Position numbers and translations under genes: made by a program. Positions 1-13,817 of a stretch of DNA of 60,000 bases are shown piece after piece. The stretch comes from Felis catus (Eukaryota): positions 79,796,001-79,856,000 of the forward strand of contig NC_058368.1 of assembly GCF_018350175.1 (NCBI RefSeq), read 5' to 3'. The notes under the pieces were generated by a model, which saw nothing but the letters and a program-made list of their open reading frames with translations, did not search any database and was not told where the DNA came from. Each line of letters opens with the position of its first letter. The stretch's first letter is position 1.

Positions 1-3000
1 TTTTTGGTGCAAAATGAACACATCTCAGTAGAATCCGTGACAAATATGACCCCATCATAATGGCTCAGGGATGCATTTTTAAGGGATTAAATGTAGCTTT
101 ATTTACAACATAAAGCATTCCATCTGTGTAAAGCCGAGAATTTTAAAGGGGAAGAAAGCCAATCTCATTACAATTCTCCCTCCCCTGGTCAGAACTCGTT
201 GTCTCATTTTTTCCCAAGTGTCTTCTTGAGTTTTTTCTGTCCCATAAATAACTCTCTGTAGGGCTCGGCAGTGGATAAGAGTACTTGCACCCTCCTTTCG
301 AAAAGGATTAAAATAAAATTTAATCCTCATTTTCATTACAGTATTCAAGTAACAGGATTTCTTCTTTTCTACTTTGATGTGTAGGAGAGCTGAATTAAGA
401 TGACAATCGCATATACACAAATAGCGCCTGAAGGAACGTTGCGTTTCTGGATTTCCGGTGAAGCAACAGCCGGCTGCGGGTAGCCCCCAAAGGACACCAT
501 CATGGGGCCCATCTGAAGCCTCCACTTAACAATGTTCAAGAGATTAGGTGAAGAACAAGTTAACTCTGTGTTGTTTTCCATCAGGATGATAAGAACCTCC
601 ATTCTCCAACGGAGAATAGGAAACTTTTTTGGAAACAGTAACACTGTTTTCATTCACTCAGTACCATAATCTCATGGAAGATTAAAGAGGGTCAAAATAA
701 GCCCAGGTGGCCCCACCTATGATGTCATTTATCTTCACAACAAACTAACGAGATAAATCTAGAAGGCTTCAGAAAAATTAAAAGACAGCTTTTATTCACA
801 ACCAAAGATCATCCACTGTCAGCAGGATAGGCTTGGAAAATGCAAAGTAATAGGAGTAAATGTTGAAAGACATAACCAGTTGAGATAAACATTCATCTGT
901 GAGACAATGACCTGGGGAGAAACAGCTCCAGTGCGTGGTCATGCTACAGACCTAAACGGTAACTTGTCCCATGGTCCCAGCGAATCTGACCCAAAGTAGA
1001 CTCATGTTTTTTGGCTTACTAGATGAATGAATGACTGAGGGTTTGAATTCATTTAGTAAGATAATATGTGTAAAAGTTCTGCGTAAACTATTTGAATAAC
1101 TAGCTTGTAAATTATGCTTATGCCATAATAGCTATTGTGTAGAACACTCAATGCACTTTTGTTCTGGACACTACCAAGGAAACACTGGCCTGAGATCTTC
1201 CCTAAGCAAGACCGTGACAACAGTATTCATCATCTTCCCTTCCTCTATCCTTTCCTCCATGCCAACGTTTTAGGAGCCCTTTGTATTATTTTCTCCAAAT
1301 CTCATCTTCTCGTATTGCCAAAGGACCATAAAAATTACCTCATCATCATTTAGTCCTTCCAGCGTGTTGGTCCCCTTCTCCCTGCAGACCCTTTGCCTTG
1401 CTCTCCCCTCCGCCTGGGGTGCTCCTGCCCAGATCTTTCCGTGCCTGGCTGCATCCTGTTGTAAACTTCTCTGCCTAAATGTCACTGTCTGCCAGACGCC
1501 GTCTCTGCCCAATCCTGCCCCAGCCAGCACTCACTCCCTGCACTCCCATGTCTGCCCCGGCCCCTTCTCTGCTTCGTCACCCTTGCTGGAATGTGGACTC
1601 ACCTCATTTGTCCCTGCTTCTCCCTGCTCCATAAGCTGGGGGAGGCAGCCTTTATCGGCCTGGATATCCCCAAATCCTACAAATGCTCACAATTGTTCCC
1701 CCCAATATGAATAGATCTTAAACTGCAAAGTCAGTGTTCTATCCCCTGCCTCCCCTAAAATAAGATTTTTCTGCCTGCTTCATGCCTCTGTCAGATAATA
1801 AAGGGCAGCCTGGATACAAAGCATTGTCTCATTTGGGCGCCTCAATCAAACCTTTCACCTTCCGAATGTCATATGGTCACTTACCCTCTCGTGTCCCCCG
1901 AGTGTGATGGAGAATGAAATGGGGAGATATATGCTGTAATTGAAAATGAAGTGAACATGAAAATCAGCCCAACGTGGTTTACGGGCGTCTTAGTAGAAAA
2001 GCTTCACTTTTTTCCCTTTGCTTCCTCACCTATGAAACAGATGACGGTTTCCCACTGAAAACAGGGCAGGTCTACTCTGCTGTTCTATTTACTGGGGTAA
2101 GCAACCCAGGCACACAGGACAGAGAAGGGACCTCTTTGTTTTGGTCTCAGGGCTATTTGCTCGCTGGGAGGGCTGGTTTTGACAAGGAATGAGCACAGAC
2201 TAGGCAGCACCTGTTAGACCCTGTGTAAGGTAGTCCCTTTTCAACATGATGTTAGTAGCACTTTAAACGATTCAGACGGAAGGGGCCCAGCTGGTCATGG
2301 AGCTATAGGACGCCCTTATTAGGAGGTGTGTCATATAAATATAGATGTGTACGTGACATAAATATAGATCCCCTTACAGCACACTCTGTGCTGTGTTCTC
2401 TGCACAGGGGAGAGAGAGCTCACTCATTTCAGTAAAGAGGATGCCCCCCCTTCCCCGCACTACCCACCCCCCCCCCGCAGGAAATGCAACTTTTTTGAAG
2501 TTCCGATTACATTTGCAAAGGAAAAGATCTCAAATGAGAAGTTAAAAAAAGAAAACTTCATTTTGCAAGGAACAATAAAATTTAAGATTAGTGCATAGTA
2601 GCATTCTACATTTTTTTAATTTTAACCAAGTGTTTTTAAAATTAATAAAGGTAAGCCTTCAATGAGATAAGAAAGTAAAACTAAATGAAAAACAAACTAG
2701 AGCACTTTCATTTCCATCTGTTTACCTGTTCTGAAAGCAAATGTGGGTGTTGGCGAGCATCTGGAAGGAGGCCACATGATTGCTTTCCACAAATAAGCCC
2801 CGAACTCATTGGACATTAACTGTCCAAATCCAGAGACCAGCTTTCTATTACTTTGGCCCAATTCCATGAAGCGACTCATTTCCTTGGGACTCCGTCAGGA
2901 AAAGTTAAACTCAACCCTTTTTTTTTTTCATAGCTTTTTTTTAGTTTTAGGTTACAAAAGTAGTATCTGTTCAATGCTCAAAGCTTGGAAAACTCATAAA

Positions 3001-3009
3001 AACATGAAG

Positions 3010-3320
3010 ATATGTTTATAATCATCTGATACTCCTAAGACTCCACTCCCCGCCATTATAATCACCATTAACACTGGTACATCTTCGTTATTTCTTTGTG
3101 TTCACATGCACACTTCAGGTGTTCCGTCCTAATACTGTCTTTCTGTACACCTTTCAAGGGGTCTTCTCTTAACAATACCTTGTAAAGTTTTACCCAGTTT
3201 GAAATGTCCCTCTCTGGCCCGATGTTTATTGATTGTATAGTGCTCCATTGTATGGATTGTTACCATTTCTCTGGGCCACACTTTTAATTTTGGAGTCTTT
3301 GGGTTGCTTCTGCTTCCTCT
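3010..3320 (-). mobile_element. Ancient L1 (L1ME-like) 3' fragment
   Basis: Motifs 'gtatagtgctccattgtatggat' and 'tttgggttgcttc' resemble antisense L1ME 3' sequence; highly decayed, boundaries approximate. Confidence 0.45.
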
Positions 3321-3324
3321 ATTT

Positions 3325-3366
3325 AGCTAGCTAGCTATCATCTATCTATCTATCATCTATCATCTA
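3325..3366. repeat. Short (TAGC)n/(TATC)n microsatellite
   Basis: tagctagctagctatcatctatctatctatcatctatcatctag is directly visible. Confidence 0.8.
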
Positions 3367-3639
3367 GGTGCTTATCTCATGTATTTTCTATACATTAGAT
3401 AAATGGTACATATAAAATTTATGTGCAATCTTCTGTACTTATTGTCAAAGAGACTAACTTGCCTACCCGACATCTATTTTCTCTTCTTCCTTGCTAATAT
3501 GATTTTGATTTTGTTCAATGTGGGAATATCCCCAGCTAATTATTTCACCTCCCCTGTGACAAAGTCCAGTCCTTACAGCGGGAACAAAAGATGCTAAGTG
3601 GTACTTCTGGGGCAGCCCTTTGGTGAGAGAACACATGTG

Positions 3640-3940
3640 GCTCCCATCATTCACATGGTTCTGTGCACTTGCTTTGTCTGCTCCTGTTTTCTTGCCTGGG
3701 AAGCAGATGCAATGAGTGGAGATAGGCAGCCATCCTGGGACCATGAAAGCCACCTGCTTAGGAGGGAGTGGTGGAAAGCAGGGAGGAAACTGGATTTGAT
3801 GGCATCATGGGGCCACCAGTCTAGCCCTGGCTCCTTGCCTCCAAATTTCATGTTATACAACAAATATATGCTTCTATTTGATGGGCGCCATTGCTTTCTT
3901 TGACTTTGTATTATTCAAAGCAGAACACAGGGTGCTATCC
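3640..3940 (+). mobile_element. Old MaLR LTR fragment (MLT1J/K-like)
   Basis: 'ggcagccatcctgggaccatgaaagcca', 'gatggcatcatggggccacc..agccctgg' and the terminal 'ttattcaaagcagaaca' resemble the 3' half of MLT1J/K. Confidence 0.5.
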
Positions 3941-4073
3941 GTAGTATTATTCATAATACCATCCATTTAGAGTTGCTAAGTATGAAATCTTCCAAATGGA
4001 ATACCAAGATCTCAGGCTGTGCAATTTTGTAGACTTTAGATTCTCATCATCACTTTGCTTCTCAGAAGGTTTT

Positions 4074-4284
4074 TTTTTTAACGTTTTTATTTATTTTTGA
4101 GACAGAGAGAGACAGAGCATGAACGGGGGAGGGGCAGAGAGAGAGGGAGACACAGAATCGGAAACAGGCTCCAGGCTCTGAGCCATCAGCCCAGAGCCCG
4201 ACACGGGGCTCGAACTCACGGACCGCGAGATAGTGACCTGAGCTGAAGTCGGACGCTTAACCGACTGCGCCACCCAGGCGTCCC
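4074..4284 (-). mobile_element. Young felid Can-SINE (SINEC_Fc-like)
   Basis: Near-consensus tRNA-derived head, CT tract and A-rich tail on the minus strand; TSD TCAGAAGGTTTT at 4062-4073 and 4285-4296. Confidence 0.97.
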
Positions 4285-7119
4285 TCAGAAGGTTTTAATC
4301 AATATTAACTCTGACCAGCTATGGATGAGAGTGTGAATTCGCCACGATCACAACTGTATATCTTCTTCTCCAACCCAACTCCACAGAAACCAATGGGCTT
4401 CCTTGTTACTTTCATTTCAGTTTCTTTGTGTTGATGAATTCAAGCATGGTTTGGTTCCGGGTGTTTTCTTGAAACTTTAGTTCTTCTGTGAACTTATCAC
4501 TTGTACTCTCTTTTCTATTATTTTTAAACATAAGATCAATATGGGGATTTCTATTGTAAGAATTATTAGGAGAAAACGTGAAGACCATTGGACGTATGTG
4601 GCTTCTGGAAATCTCTGTCCTGGGTGAGAACACACCAGCCTAAAACAGGGTGGTAGGCATCTGAAGTTGGTGACTTGTCCTAAATAAATCCAGAGTCATC
4701 TCAGCTGGAAACACAAGATGCTTGCTACAGAGAGAAGGCTCCCAGGATGCCTCTGGGCCAACCCTGGGCTGCTGGGGGTCACGTGATGCTTATGATCCTT
4801 CTTTGGGGAAGTGGGAACGTTTCTCTGAAGATGTAAAGATAATAAGGAGAATCACCACACTTTTCCAGTATCTCATTTCTGAGGTTCCAAATGTTTCTGC
4901 TCCCCTCACACTCCTATCTTGAAACGTTTGCATCATCGAGCGAGAATGGGACCTTTCTTTCTTCAGATAAATTGAGAGAGCTGTATGGCTTTTCCTCTTG
5001 CCTTCTCAACACACAGGGCAGCGTAATCAGCCAATGTCAGCAAAAGTTCTTTTGGATCCTTGCAGACTAGAAGGTGAGATCATTCCCCAGAATTTCAGTC
5101 TAGTATTGTCAAGGAAGTGTTGTAGCAAAGTTTAGGGAAAGCATAAAGCATTCTTTCTATTATACAGAGACAAAATGCCTATTGCATAACTCAACTCAGA
5201 GACTCAAGTTACATTATTTCTCTTACTTTTATCAACAGTGCCTAAGTAAGGTGATTTGGGCAAACATCCCAAACAAAAGAAACCCAAGGGCTCAGGTATT
5301 CCATCAATTATGTATGGGCCCAGCAAGACCCGGGAACACCAGGGGATTGCTGTTACATTGGGCTCCATGTGTGGTAGCTCCTGGGCTGGTGCCACTCCAT
5401 TATTTATACAGCACTCATCACACTAGCCACTAAGCACTTTCTCAACATCAGACATTACACTGGTGTGCAACAGAAGGGGCTGAAAGTTCTATGACGTCTC
5501 AACATCATCAGCTTGGACTAAACACTTACTCTAAGCCCAATGTTAACCACACACTGAGTGACCCCACATGAGCCAGCAGCTTTTGACCCAGAGGCAATAA
5601 TCTGTGGTTCTTGGATCTGCTCCTTTCTCCCTCCCCCTTCTCAACCAGGCTCTTGCCATGTCATATAAGAATTACCACAATATGTACCTCCTCCCCCTAT
5701 CCCAGGAGTGACCCCCTTCATCAATATTTTCTTTAGTTTTATTTCTACAGCACCCTCATCACTGGACGCAGTCCCTGGCAACAAAAAAAAGTGAGAAAAA
5801 CACAGGTAGATGAGTTTCTAATGCAGAGATGTAAAGCCATCTGGTTTCCTTCATTTCTTGAACAGTTCACCAACCAATCCTCCCTTCCTTTCAAATTCAG
5901 GTAAGGATCCACCTCTAAGAAGACCTTGAAAGGGAAAGCAGCATAGTGTCTGTCATTTCAGAATTTTATTTCCACAAAACTGCATTTCCCAAAACTTCAT
6001 TGCTTTAGAGTAATTATGTATCAGTCCCTTGCAAAACTCCCTGCTTCTGTCAGAAACAATGTCCCTCTCCTCATTCATTCAAGCTCAATATCTCCAAATC
6101 ACCATTGATTCTTCCTTCAACCTTGTCCTCAACATCTATTTCTGGAACCACAAAAGTACAGACTTCTGAATTTGGAAGATTCACAGGGACTGCTGAGGCT
6201 GTCACTCAATACCATAATGTTACAGATCAGAAAGCAGAATCTGGTCAAGATGGAACACCTTGTCCACAGCACCACTGCTGGAGAAGAGAGTTGTGTCTTC
6301 TCAGAGAAGCTCATGGATGCCATGACTGATGCCCTTCTCATTGTTTCCCCTTTGCTTCCTGACTGAGATGGTGCCGACACGATCGCCATGCCCTCTCCCC
6401 AAAATGTCCTTGATCTCAGGGTGGCCTCCTGGTTGATACCAAATCTTTGAAACTAGGACTCTGGTTATGTCACCTTCAGTAGACATTGAATTGGGGTAGA
6501 ATTTAAGCCCAAGCTTAATATATGTACCCCAATCTTTTCTTCCAAGCAAATTAGTGTGCTCACCTCTTGGTTTCTCAGTAACACAACCTGGTACTCTCCT
6601 TCTTTGCATTTATCTAAAGTACTTTGCACACAATAGACAGAGAGCCTTTCCTCTGAGAGCTTCATCTGCAGATTTACCCTGCATCACATTTTCATTCCTG
6701 TCTTTATAGAATTTAATAAATGTGGCACCTATTGTGGTGAGCAAGCACCTCAGACCAGTGACCCCATTAATGATAATGATAATAGTGAGAAGCAACCATC
6801 ATCTTTATGGAACAAGTGTTGAGCGGGATAATGTCTCTACAGCTCACGCCCAATGTCTAACAACTCGTTTTCTGCCTGCCTAAGACAGTTTTCTTTTCTG
6901 ACTGCCACTTCAGTCTCCTACTAAGAAACAGTCAGAGGTGAAAACATTGGTCTTCCCAGGTGACTTTATTCATTGAAGACATTAAAGGCAACTTTCTTTT
7001 AAAAGGATGTCTTGGAACAAAGACGATGGTCTCTTCCCTCTTGTTCTTTCTGTTTGTCTAGCTCTGGGAAGGATAGTCACTCTACCTCCAGCCCTCCCAT
7101 TCAGGGACCCACAGTTCAC

Positions 7120-7700
7120 TCAACACACGGTTCATTGAGAAGTGAGATGTTTCCAGACTTGGGCCAGGCACCAGGCAAATAAATATGAATGAACAAATAG
7201 CTTCTGCCCTCAGGAGTTTTCAGTAAATAGAAGCAGAGATGCACACATATTATTGCAATGAAGTGTAATAAATGCCATGAGAATTAGATCAAATTCCAGC
7301 ATGGCCACAAAAGAGCTGCAGTAAATTCCCTCTGGGGAAGTAAGGGAGCTTCCAGGGGTAGTGAATGTGTGGCTGGGCTTGGCAGGTGAGCAGACATTTA
7401 TTCTCTGCGTAGCAAGGGAAAGACACAAAGGAAGGGCTTTTGTGAATTATGGTGGGGGACTACATGTGGGCGCCCTAGCTAGAGTGTCAGATGCAGATCA
7501 AGGCAGTGGCCAGAGAGCCAGGGTCCAAAGAGCAGCCAAAGGAGTTGGGGTCTCATCCTACGGACAAGGAGGAGACATGGAAATACTTTAAGTGGAAGGA
7601 AGGGGATATATTTGTATTACTTGAAAACTCTCCCAGCCACAGAATGAAAGATGATTCCAGGAAGCAGTACTGCAGACTAGAAGACCATTGTGTGCTCAGA
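7120..7700 (-). mobile_element. L2 LINE relic
   Basis: 'ttcattgag...ccaggcaccagg...atgaatgaacaaatagcttctgccctcaggagtttt' matches the antisense L2 3' end pattern; decayed. Confidence 0.6.
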
Positions 7701-8739
7701 GCAAGAAGAAACACAGGCAGAAACATTTATAATTGGAGCCAAGTGTTGTTTTAAGGCCATATCTTAATCTGATATATTCTGAGTTGATGGAATACTTGAA
7801 AGTAGTGTAAACATTTGTGGCAAAAAAAAAAAAAAACCTGCAGGAGAAACTAACTTATGTTTGTTTTTCCCTGTTATGGGTATAAATTTAAGGTGACTCT
7901 ACCTCCCCTAGGGCCTTCCTGGTCTGAGGAGTGTCAATAATAACTGCGCTTTAAGGTCAGTTGGGACACACCCAAAAGACCCTCACCCTTCACTCAGGCA
8001 TGGGATTCAGAAGTATGTGGCACTTAAGGAAAGCTGCACTGGCCCCAACACAGCGATGGAAGGAGGAAGAAATGGTAGAAGATTCCAGAATGCTTGTGAT
8101 CTGCATCCCACTCCCACCCAGCAGCCTAAGAAGGACAGACCCTCTGATGAAGCATCGTGTATAGATTTGGCTATAAGTGGATGGAGGGATTGAAGGAGAC
8201 TGAAGAACTATGGCCTGGAGAGCACCGGGGGAGACAGTGCTGTGCCCAGATTTGGTGCTGAGGAAACAGAACCCTCTCCTTCTACGGCATCGTGTAGAGC
8301 AACTCAATGCCCACCTTGAGGAATTGAGATAAAGACATTTCTCCTGTCCCCAGACACCTTGAGCCACAAAGGTCCCTCAGCCCAACCAACATGGTTAACT
8401 TGGCGAACCAAATTCATATCTTTTCTCTTTTATTTATTTTTGTTTTCCTAACCTCTCAAGAGTCATCTAGCTGTTGAGTGTGGTAGAGAGAAAGACTCTG
8501 AACGGAAGGCCATTTAGGTTTATCCACAATGACTCCATACTCAGTATTGATTTCTTCTTTCTGGATTCTCAGCCCTTGGTACCTTACTACGCGATGATGC
8601 TTTCATTTTTCTCTACATTTTGGAAACTGCTGAGGACCGACCTCTATAATTTCTCTCAACATCTCACCAGAAGCTTTCTTATTCCTGACTTTTTCCAGTG
8701 TCCCTGTGGAGAAGGTCAGCCCCAAGGACTGAAGACACA

Positions 8740-8880
8740 ACACTGTATGGCAGTTAAGCAAGGCCTGTAAACTATCCACATTTGAAACCTGGCCGCGCCA
8801 TTTACTAGTGTTATCACCTCAGGTAAGTAACTCAATCCCTTTTGCCTTGATTTCTTCACATACAAAATAATATTTTATCT
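8740..8880 (+). mobile_element. MIR SINE relic
   Basis: 'tttgaaacctggccgcgccatttactagtgttatcacctcaggtaagtaactcaatccc...tttcttcacatacaaaat' is a MIR core. Confidence 0.65.
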
Positions 8881-11421
8881 ATTTCTTCCTTCTTCGGTTT
8901 GTTGTCGGGAAAAAGGACATCATGCAGGACTGTGCAACGAGCTCTTACCCTAATACCTGCCCATGGATTTAGGAAAAGTAAGGAAGTAGTTGTCCATAAT
9001 GAGAGTGCTCTGCCCGCGTCAGTGAGGACACGTGTCCCCTTGGGTCCCTGGTGCATCACTCCCCGTCGGGAATGAGTTCCACCACGAGTTAGGGAATGGC
9101 CTCCATGCCCTACCTGGGAAAACGGATGAGCAGGGAGAGAGCAAAACCCCACAGTATTTTCTGCCCCCAGATCCCTGGCTGCACAAAGACAGCATTTGCA
9201 ACTAACACCCTAAGACTCCAAGGAATAAAGCTGACCTAGGGAGCCAAGAAGGTATGCTGAGTGCTAGTTCCAGAATCTACCAGAAATAGCTGAGAAGTCT
9301 CTGAGGTGGCCCCTCGGGGATGTGGGACACTCCTGGCACTACCAGACCCCTTTCTCACTTTCATTCTCAAAGAGTTTGTGTTTCCTTGGCAGTCCCCTCT
9401 TTTGTGGGCCAGGAGCTTTGCCATAGATGTTTCTGAGAATCTTAAGTGAATACTGTTTCTGTCAATCTGAACTTGTTTGGTGGCTAGGTTATTTTTTCCC
9501 CTTTGCTCCTTTTCTTCTTTATTAAAGCTGACAAATGGGGAAGAAAACGAAAAGGAAAAGAACAAGCCCAGGGCCACAGGATGCTGGGAAAATCGCTTCT
9601 ATTTATAGCCTAAGACATTTTCAGCCATGTAAACACCTCTGCTAATCGCTGCCCTGCATGCAAGACCCTGGGGATCATGGCGCTGCCCTGGAAAGCTGGC
9701 AGCCATATACGGCAGAGCAGGGAGAGCCCTGGGCAGACTCATTGTGCTCCAAGTTGTTTCCAGAAGGAGTGGGGAAGATGGTCTGCGTCGAGCCCGCCTC
9801 GCTGAACAGCAAAGGGCTGCATGGGCCCCCGGTCCTCTCTCAGAGGGAACAGAATCTTGGCACCCACAGAACCTTTGGCAGAGTATCATCAAGAAGGGCC
9901 TGGCCTACCACCCCCAATCAGGCCAATCTAGCTGACAATATAATAGCAGAAATTCCCACGTGGAGGGGCGGCTTCAGCACAGACTAGCTGTGTGACCCCA
10001 GGGAGGAAGCCTGTAAGTGGGAGGCTGCGTTTGCTCATTGGTGAACCAGGACTGCAGCCACCTCATCAGGTAACCATGAGAATTCGACAGAAATGGTGCA
10101 GGTGCGGTGCGGCCTCCAGAGAGGCCATGACCTTGGAGTGCAGGGGTCTGGAAAGGCTCTGTAGACAAAGCGACACCTCAGTGTGGATTTGAAGGACGCT
10201 TAGAAGAAACCAGGAGGCAAAAGACATGGTTCTTCCCATCGACTCACTCCATGGGCAAAATCAAAGTATATAGAAATATCCTCTTCCTAGAGATAATACA
10301 TAACATTTTTTCTGCTATTCTTTCCAACCAATGAAAGAAGTTCATCGTTGTACTCTCTGGGTGCACCAGGGGAAAGTATCTGGGCCACTTTCGATGCTGG
10401 GGTCTAAAGGCAATAATGAGTGAACCATAAAATTGTATGAATCCAGAGTTAAAACCCCAGTTTTCCAAATGTCCTATTTATATGGAAAAAGTAAACATTT
10501 GTTTCATTTCTTTTTGGTCCAAGAAGTAGAGACATGATTTGGGCATAGATAAATCTGGTTAAAAAGATGATTCTTCCTGGTATTCAATATGGCCAACAGC
10601 AGCACCAATGTATCCTAAATGTATTCGAATGTATTCTGAAGCTCCAAGGTATCAAATCACGTTTTTGTTCTCAAGGGCTCATTTCTGACTTCGTTCCAAT
10701 CATTCTTTTTAGAAAATCACTTTAAGAGGCGACAGGACTCAAGAGTTGACTCAAAAGCAGCAGGACAGCCTCAAAATCCTGCCCGGTTTCCTGGCTGCCG
10801 CCCAGGAAGTCCAAACGTGATTCCAGAATTTGTCGGAAGGGCTTCACTCCATTAACATGCAAAATCTCCAAAAAAGAATAGTGCTCGAGAACTCCACGTG
10901 TTCACAATAACACGATTTCAGGGAACATAGTCCCAGAGCAGGAAGTGAGAGGGTAGAGTGGGCTGAGTCTAGAGGGTGGGGACCAAGCAGGACTCAGGAA
11001 GCTGAGGCCAGGGTCCAGAAGGTGGCTCTTGTTCTTTCCAGCATCTTCCCTCAGGTTAACCTGGCTCAGTGGGCTGAGCTTCCAGTCTGGGTTTGAACAA
11101 CATTATTCACCTTCTGGTCCCCTTGCTTGAATATTTAGGCCTTCAAATCATACTTTGCCCTCCTGCGCACTGTATTCTCATCTAAAATGGAAATATTATG
11201 GTATAAGGATCTATTACAAATGAGAATTGAGCGTAAGAAACACTCACGAGTGCCCCCAGAGTACCTCACATGTTTAAGCAGCTACAAAGGACTCAAGTTC
11301 TCCTCAAAGGAAGCCCTTAATGGCTTTATCCTCTTGACAAGTAATGTTACTGTTAGATGATTTGGACCCAGTCCCAACACATAGAGTGTGCAAGCGAGTG
11401 AGTCACAAAACAGGAAGTACA

Positions 11422-11583
11422 GGGAGGCCTAGGGGGCTCAGTCGGTTAAGCGTCCGACTTAGGCTCAGGTCATGATCTCACGGCTTGTGGGTTCGAGCCC
11501 TGCATCGGGCTCTGCACTGACAGCTCAGAGCCTAGAGTCTGTTTGGATTCTATGTCTCCCTCTCTCTGCCCCTCCCCCAGTCA

Positions 11584-11625
<42 letters not shown>

Positions 11626-11651
11626 AATAAACACTTTGAATTTTTTTTTTT
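11422..11651 (+). mobile_element. Can-SINE
   Basis: Head 'gggaggcctagggggctcagtcggttaagcgtccgact', (CT)n tract, tail; TSD AAACAGGAA(G/A)TACA at 11408-11421 and 11652-11665. Confidence 0.95.
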
Positions 11652-12060
11652 AAACAGGAAATACAAATGAATAGCAAACAAAGAGGAAAATGACCTCACT
11701 GGACCTTAAAGATGAGACAAATACCAATTTTTATCTGTAACATCAGAAAAGCTGAGAGATTGCTGAACACTGGGAACCTATACGGTTGCATATATATCCG
11801 ATTTGCACAACCACACTTAGAATGTGCTTTATAAAGCCTTGGAAATGTTGTTTGTGAGACTTTCCTCAAAAGTGGGGAAATACTCATTATGTGTAAATAT
11901 ATATTTGAATAGACCAAAAGACCAGTAGAACTATAACAAGATGTCAATGAGGGTTATCTCGCAATCTCGAGGTTATATATGTTTTCCTTCCTTGTGCCTT
12001 ATTCTATTTTCCCAATTTGCTATAAATAGCAGATGTTTGTGATTAGAGAAAAAATGAAAT
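11652..12060 (+). mobile_element. Ancient L1 (L1ME-like) 3' fragment
   Basis: 'ggaaatacaaatgaatagcaaaca...acctcact' and the terminal 'ttattctattttcccaatttgctataaatagc...' resemble L1ME 3' ends. Confidence 0.5.
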
Positions 12061-12334
12061 GGTCTCAATGGAATAGCTCTAAATGTTCAAACCTCCTTGT
12101 TTGCCTGTCCCAGGGCTCCCACGGGACACCATGTTTGAGCCTCACCAGAGTGTGTTAATCAATTTCTGTGCTTATCGGTGGAACAGTCTGGAAAACATTA
12201 TCCACAGTTAAAATAGTCAAGAGCACTATTTCCACTGTTTTGTTTTATCAGATGATATTGTCCACCATTGCTCGGCTAGCATTTAAAGACTTGGAAAGTA
12301 GATTCAGGAGGTGAGGCTAACTTGGTTGTTTAGC

Positions 12335-12610
12335 TACACGAACTGTAATTCACACACAGTTGTAAGAAACAAGAAGGAGAGAGTCGACTGTATACCCCTC
12401 ACCCAATGTTCCCGGTGGTAATATTTTCAAACCATCGTGCAGAACGTTGGTACAACCCACCATATTACTCAGATTTCTCCAACTTTACGTGTGCGTGTGT
12501 GTGTTCTCACTTCTACACAATTTCATCACATGTGCACATTGGCATCTCCATCACCACAGTCTGGACACAGAGCCCATCACTATGATCCCAGTAACTCTCC
12601 TGCTGCCCCC
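12335..12610 (-). mobile_element. Old L1 (L1MB/L1MC-like) 3' UTR fragment
   Basis: 'attcacacacagttgtaagaaac..gagag..tgtatacccctcaccca..ttccc..ggtaatattt' and 'catcaccacagtc..gacacaga' are typical of the antisense L1MB/MC 3' UTR. Confidence 0.65.
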
Positions 12611-13817
12611 TGGAGAACATGTTTTTAACTCTCATATGTGGGTCACATAACCTATCACTATCACATAGCCTATCATAACCTATCACATAACCTATCAGCT
12701 TGGGCGCTCGCCTTTGGGGTTCCTGTTTTACATTAACTATTTGAGTCTTAAGGTCAGAGTTTGCCAGATGAATAAGGCTCTGGTTCCCGGCACCCTAAAA
12801 CACTGAAATTCCTATTACAGGAAAAAAAAAAACAACAGTAGGAGGTAGGGCTGAGGAGGTCAGCTTCCTACCACGGCCGTAACCACATACAGTGGAACAG
12901 ACACCGGACTTATGCAGGAACCAGAAAATGGTGCTTTAGCTCAGGACACTCTCCCTCTCCAAGAAACTAGAAGAATTTTCTTTTAATGTCCATTTACCAG
13001 ACCTACTTTCATAAAATTATCTAAGCAGAATCAATAGCCTCTGTAGCACTCTGAATGAGTTCATCCAGGTGTCCATTTGTCCACAGCACAGTGCTAGCAT
13101 TTCCTGACATGGAAAGTGTTCTCCAGGAAGGGAGAGGAAGTAAACCCTCAACTGTCTGTAAACTTTCCAACCCCTTTGACCAGGAGGATGCCAGCCATGA
13201 CGGGCAGGAAAGCCAGCAACTGGACAGAATACATCTCCTAGAACTTCCTGAGCTACGGTAAGTGACAGGTGTGCCACCCCTGGGTGAAAAGCTCAAGGGA
13301 ATCACGGGCAAAGGACAAAACTTTCTCAGAAGTTGTCAAACTGGGAACTGGGCCAGTCATGTACCCCTCCTGTGCAGTAAGTTGGAGAAAGACACATGTC
13401 ATTAGTGATCTTCATTATCCAAGGACTGTCAGCCCTGCCTATTCCGGAGTTTCTGACTCATCTGTGAATCCAGAAACCAGCATCCGTGGGTCAGATGCGA
13501 GTCACCTAATTGACCATCATTGACCATGACCATGGTAACGAGCACACATGGCTGCAGCTAAGTGCAACATTGGACAACGTGGACAAACGGTGGCACAAAT
13601 ACAATGTGGCAGGCTAACAGTCTTTAGTGTATATTAGGCTCATTGTCACTCTCAAAAACATGGTAAGAATAGTTGTTAGAAATACGAGTATAACAACTAA
13701 AGCTCCAGAAGGCATTATCTCCCACAGAGAGCCCCAACTGCTAGAAAATGCCCAGTGTGGGAAGTTTCCATGCTGTTCCCTCCGTGCTGGAGAGCGTAAA
13801 GGTGGTCTGTTCCGGTG

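Noticed and set aside
103..653. Overlapping minus-strand ORFs of 140 and 94 aa, with an AATAAA on the minus strand near 98-103
   Set aside because: No recognisable domain or family and no convincing splice framework; consistent with chance ORFs in AT-rich DNA.
8815..8830. Consensus splice donor CAG|GTAAGT
   Set aside because: It lies in a MIR core where this sequence derives from the repeat consensus; no matching acceptor was found.
12645..12698. Short CACATAACCTAT tandem repeats as a possible array
   Set aside because: Simple local slippage of about four degenerate units with no spacers or associated genes.
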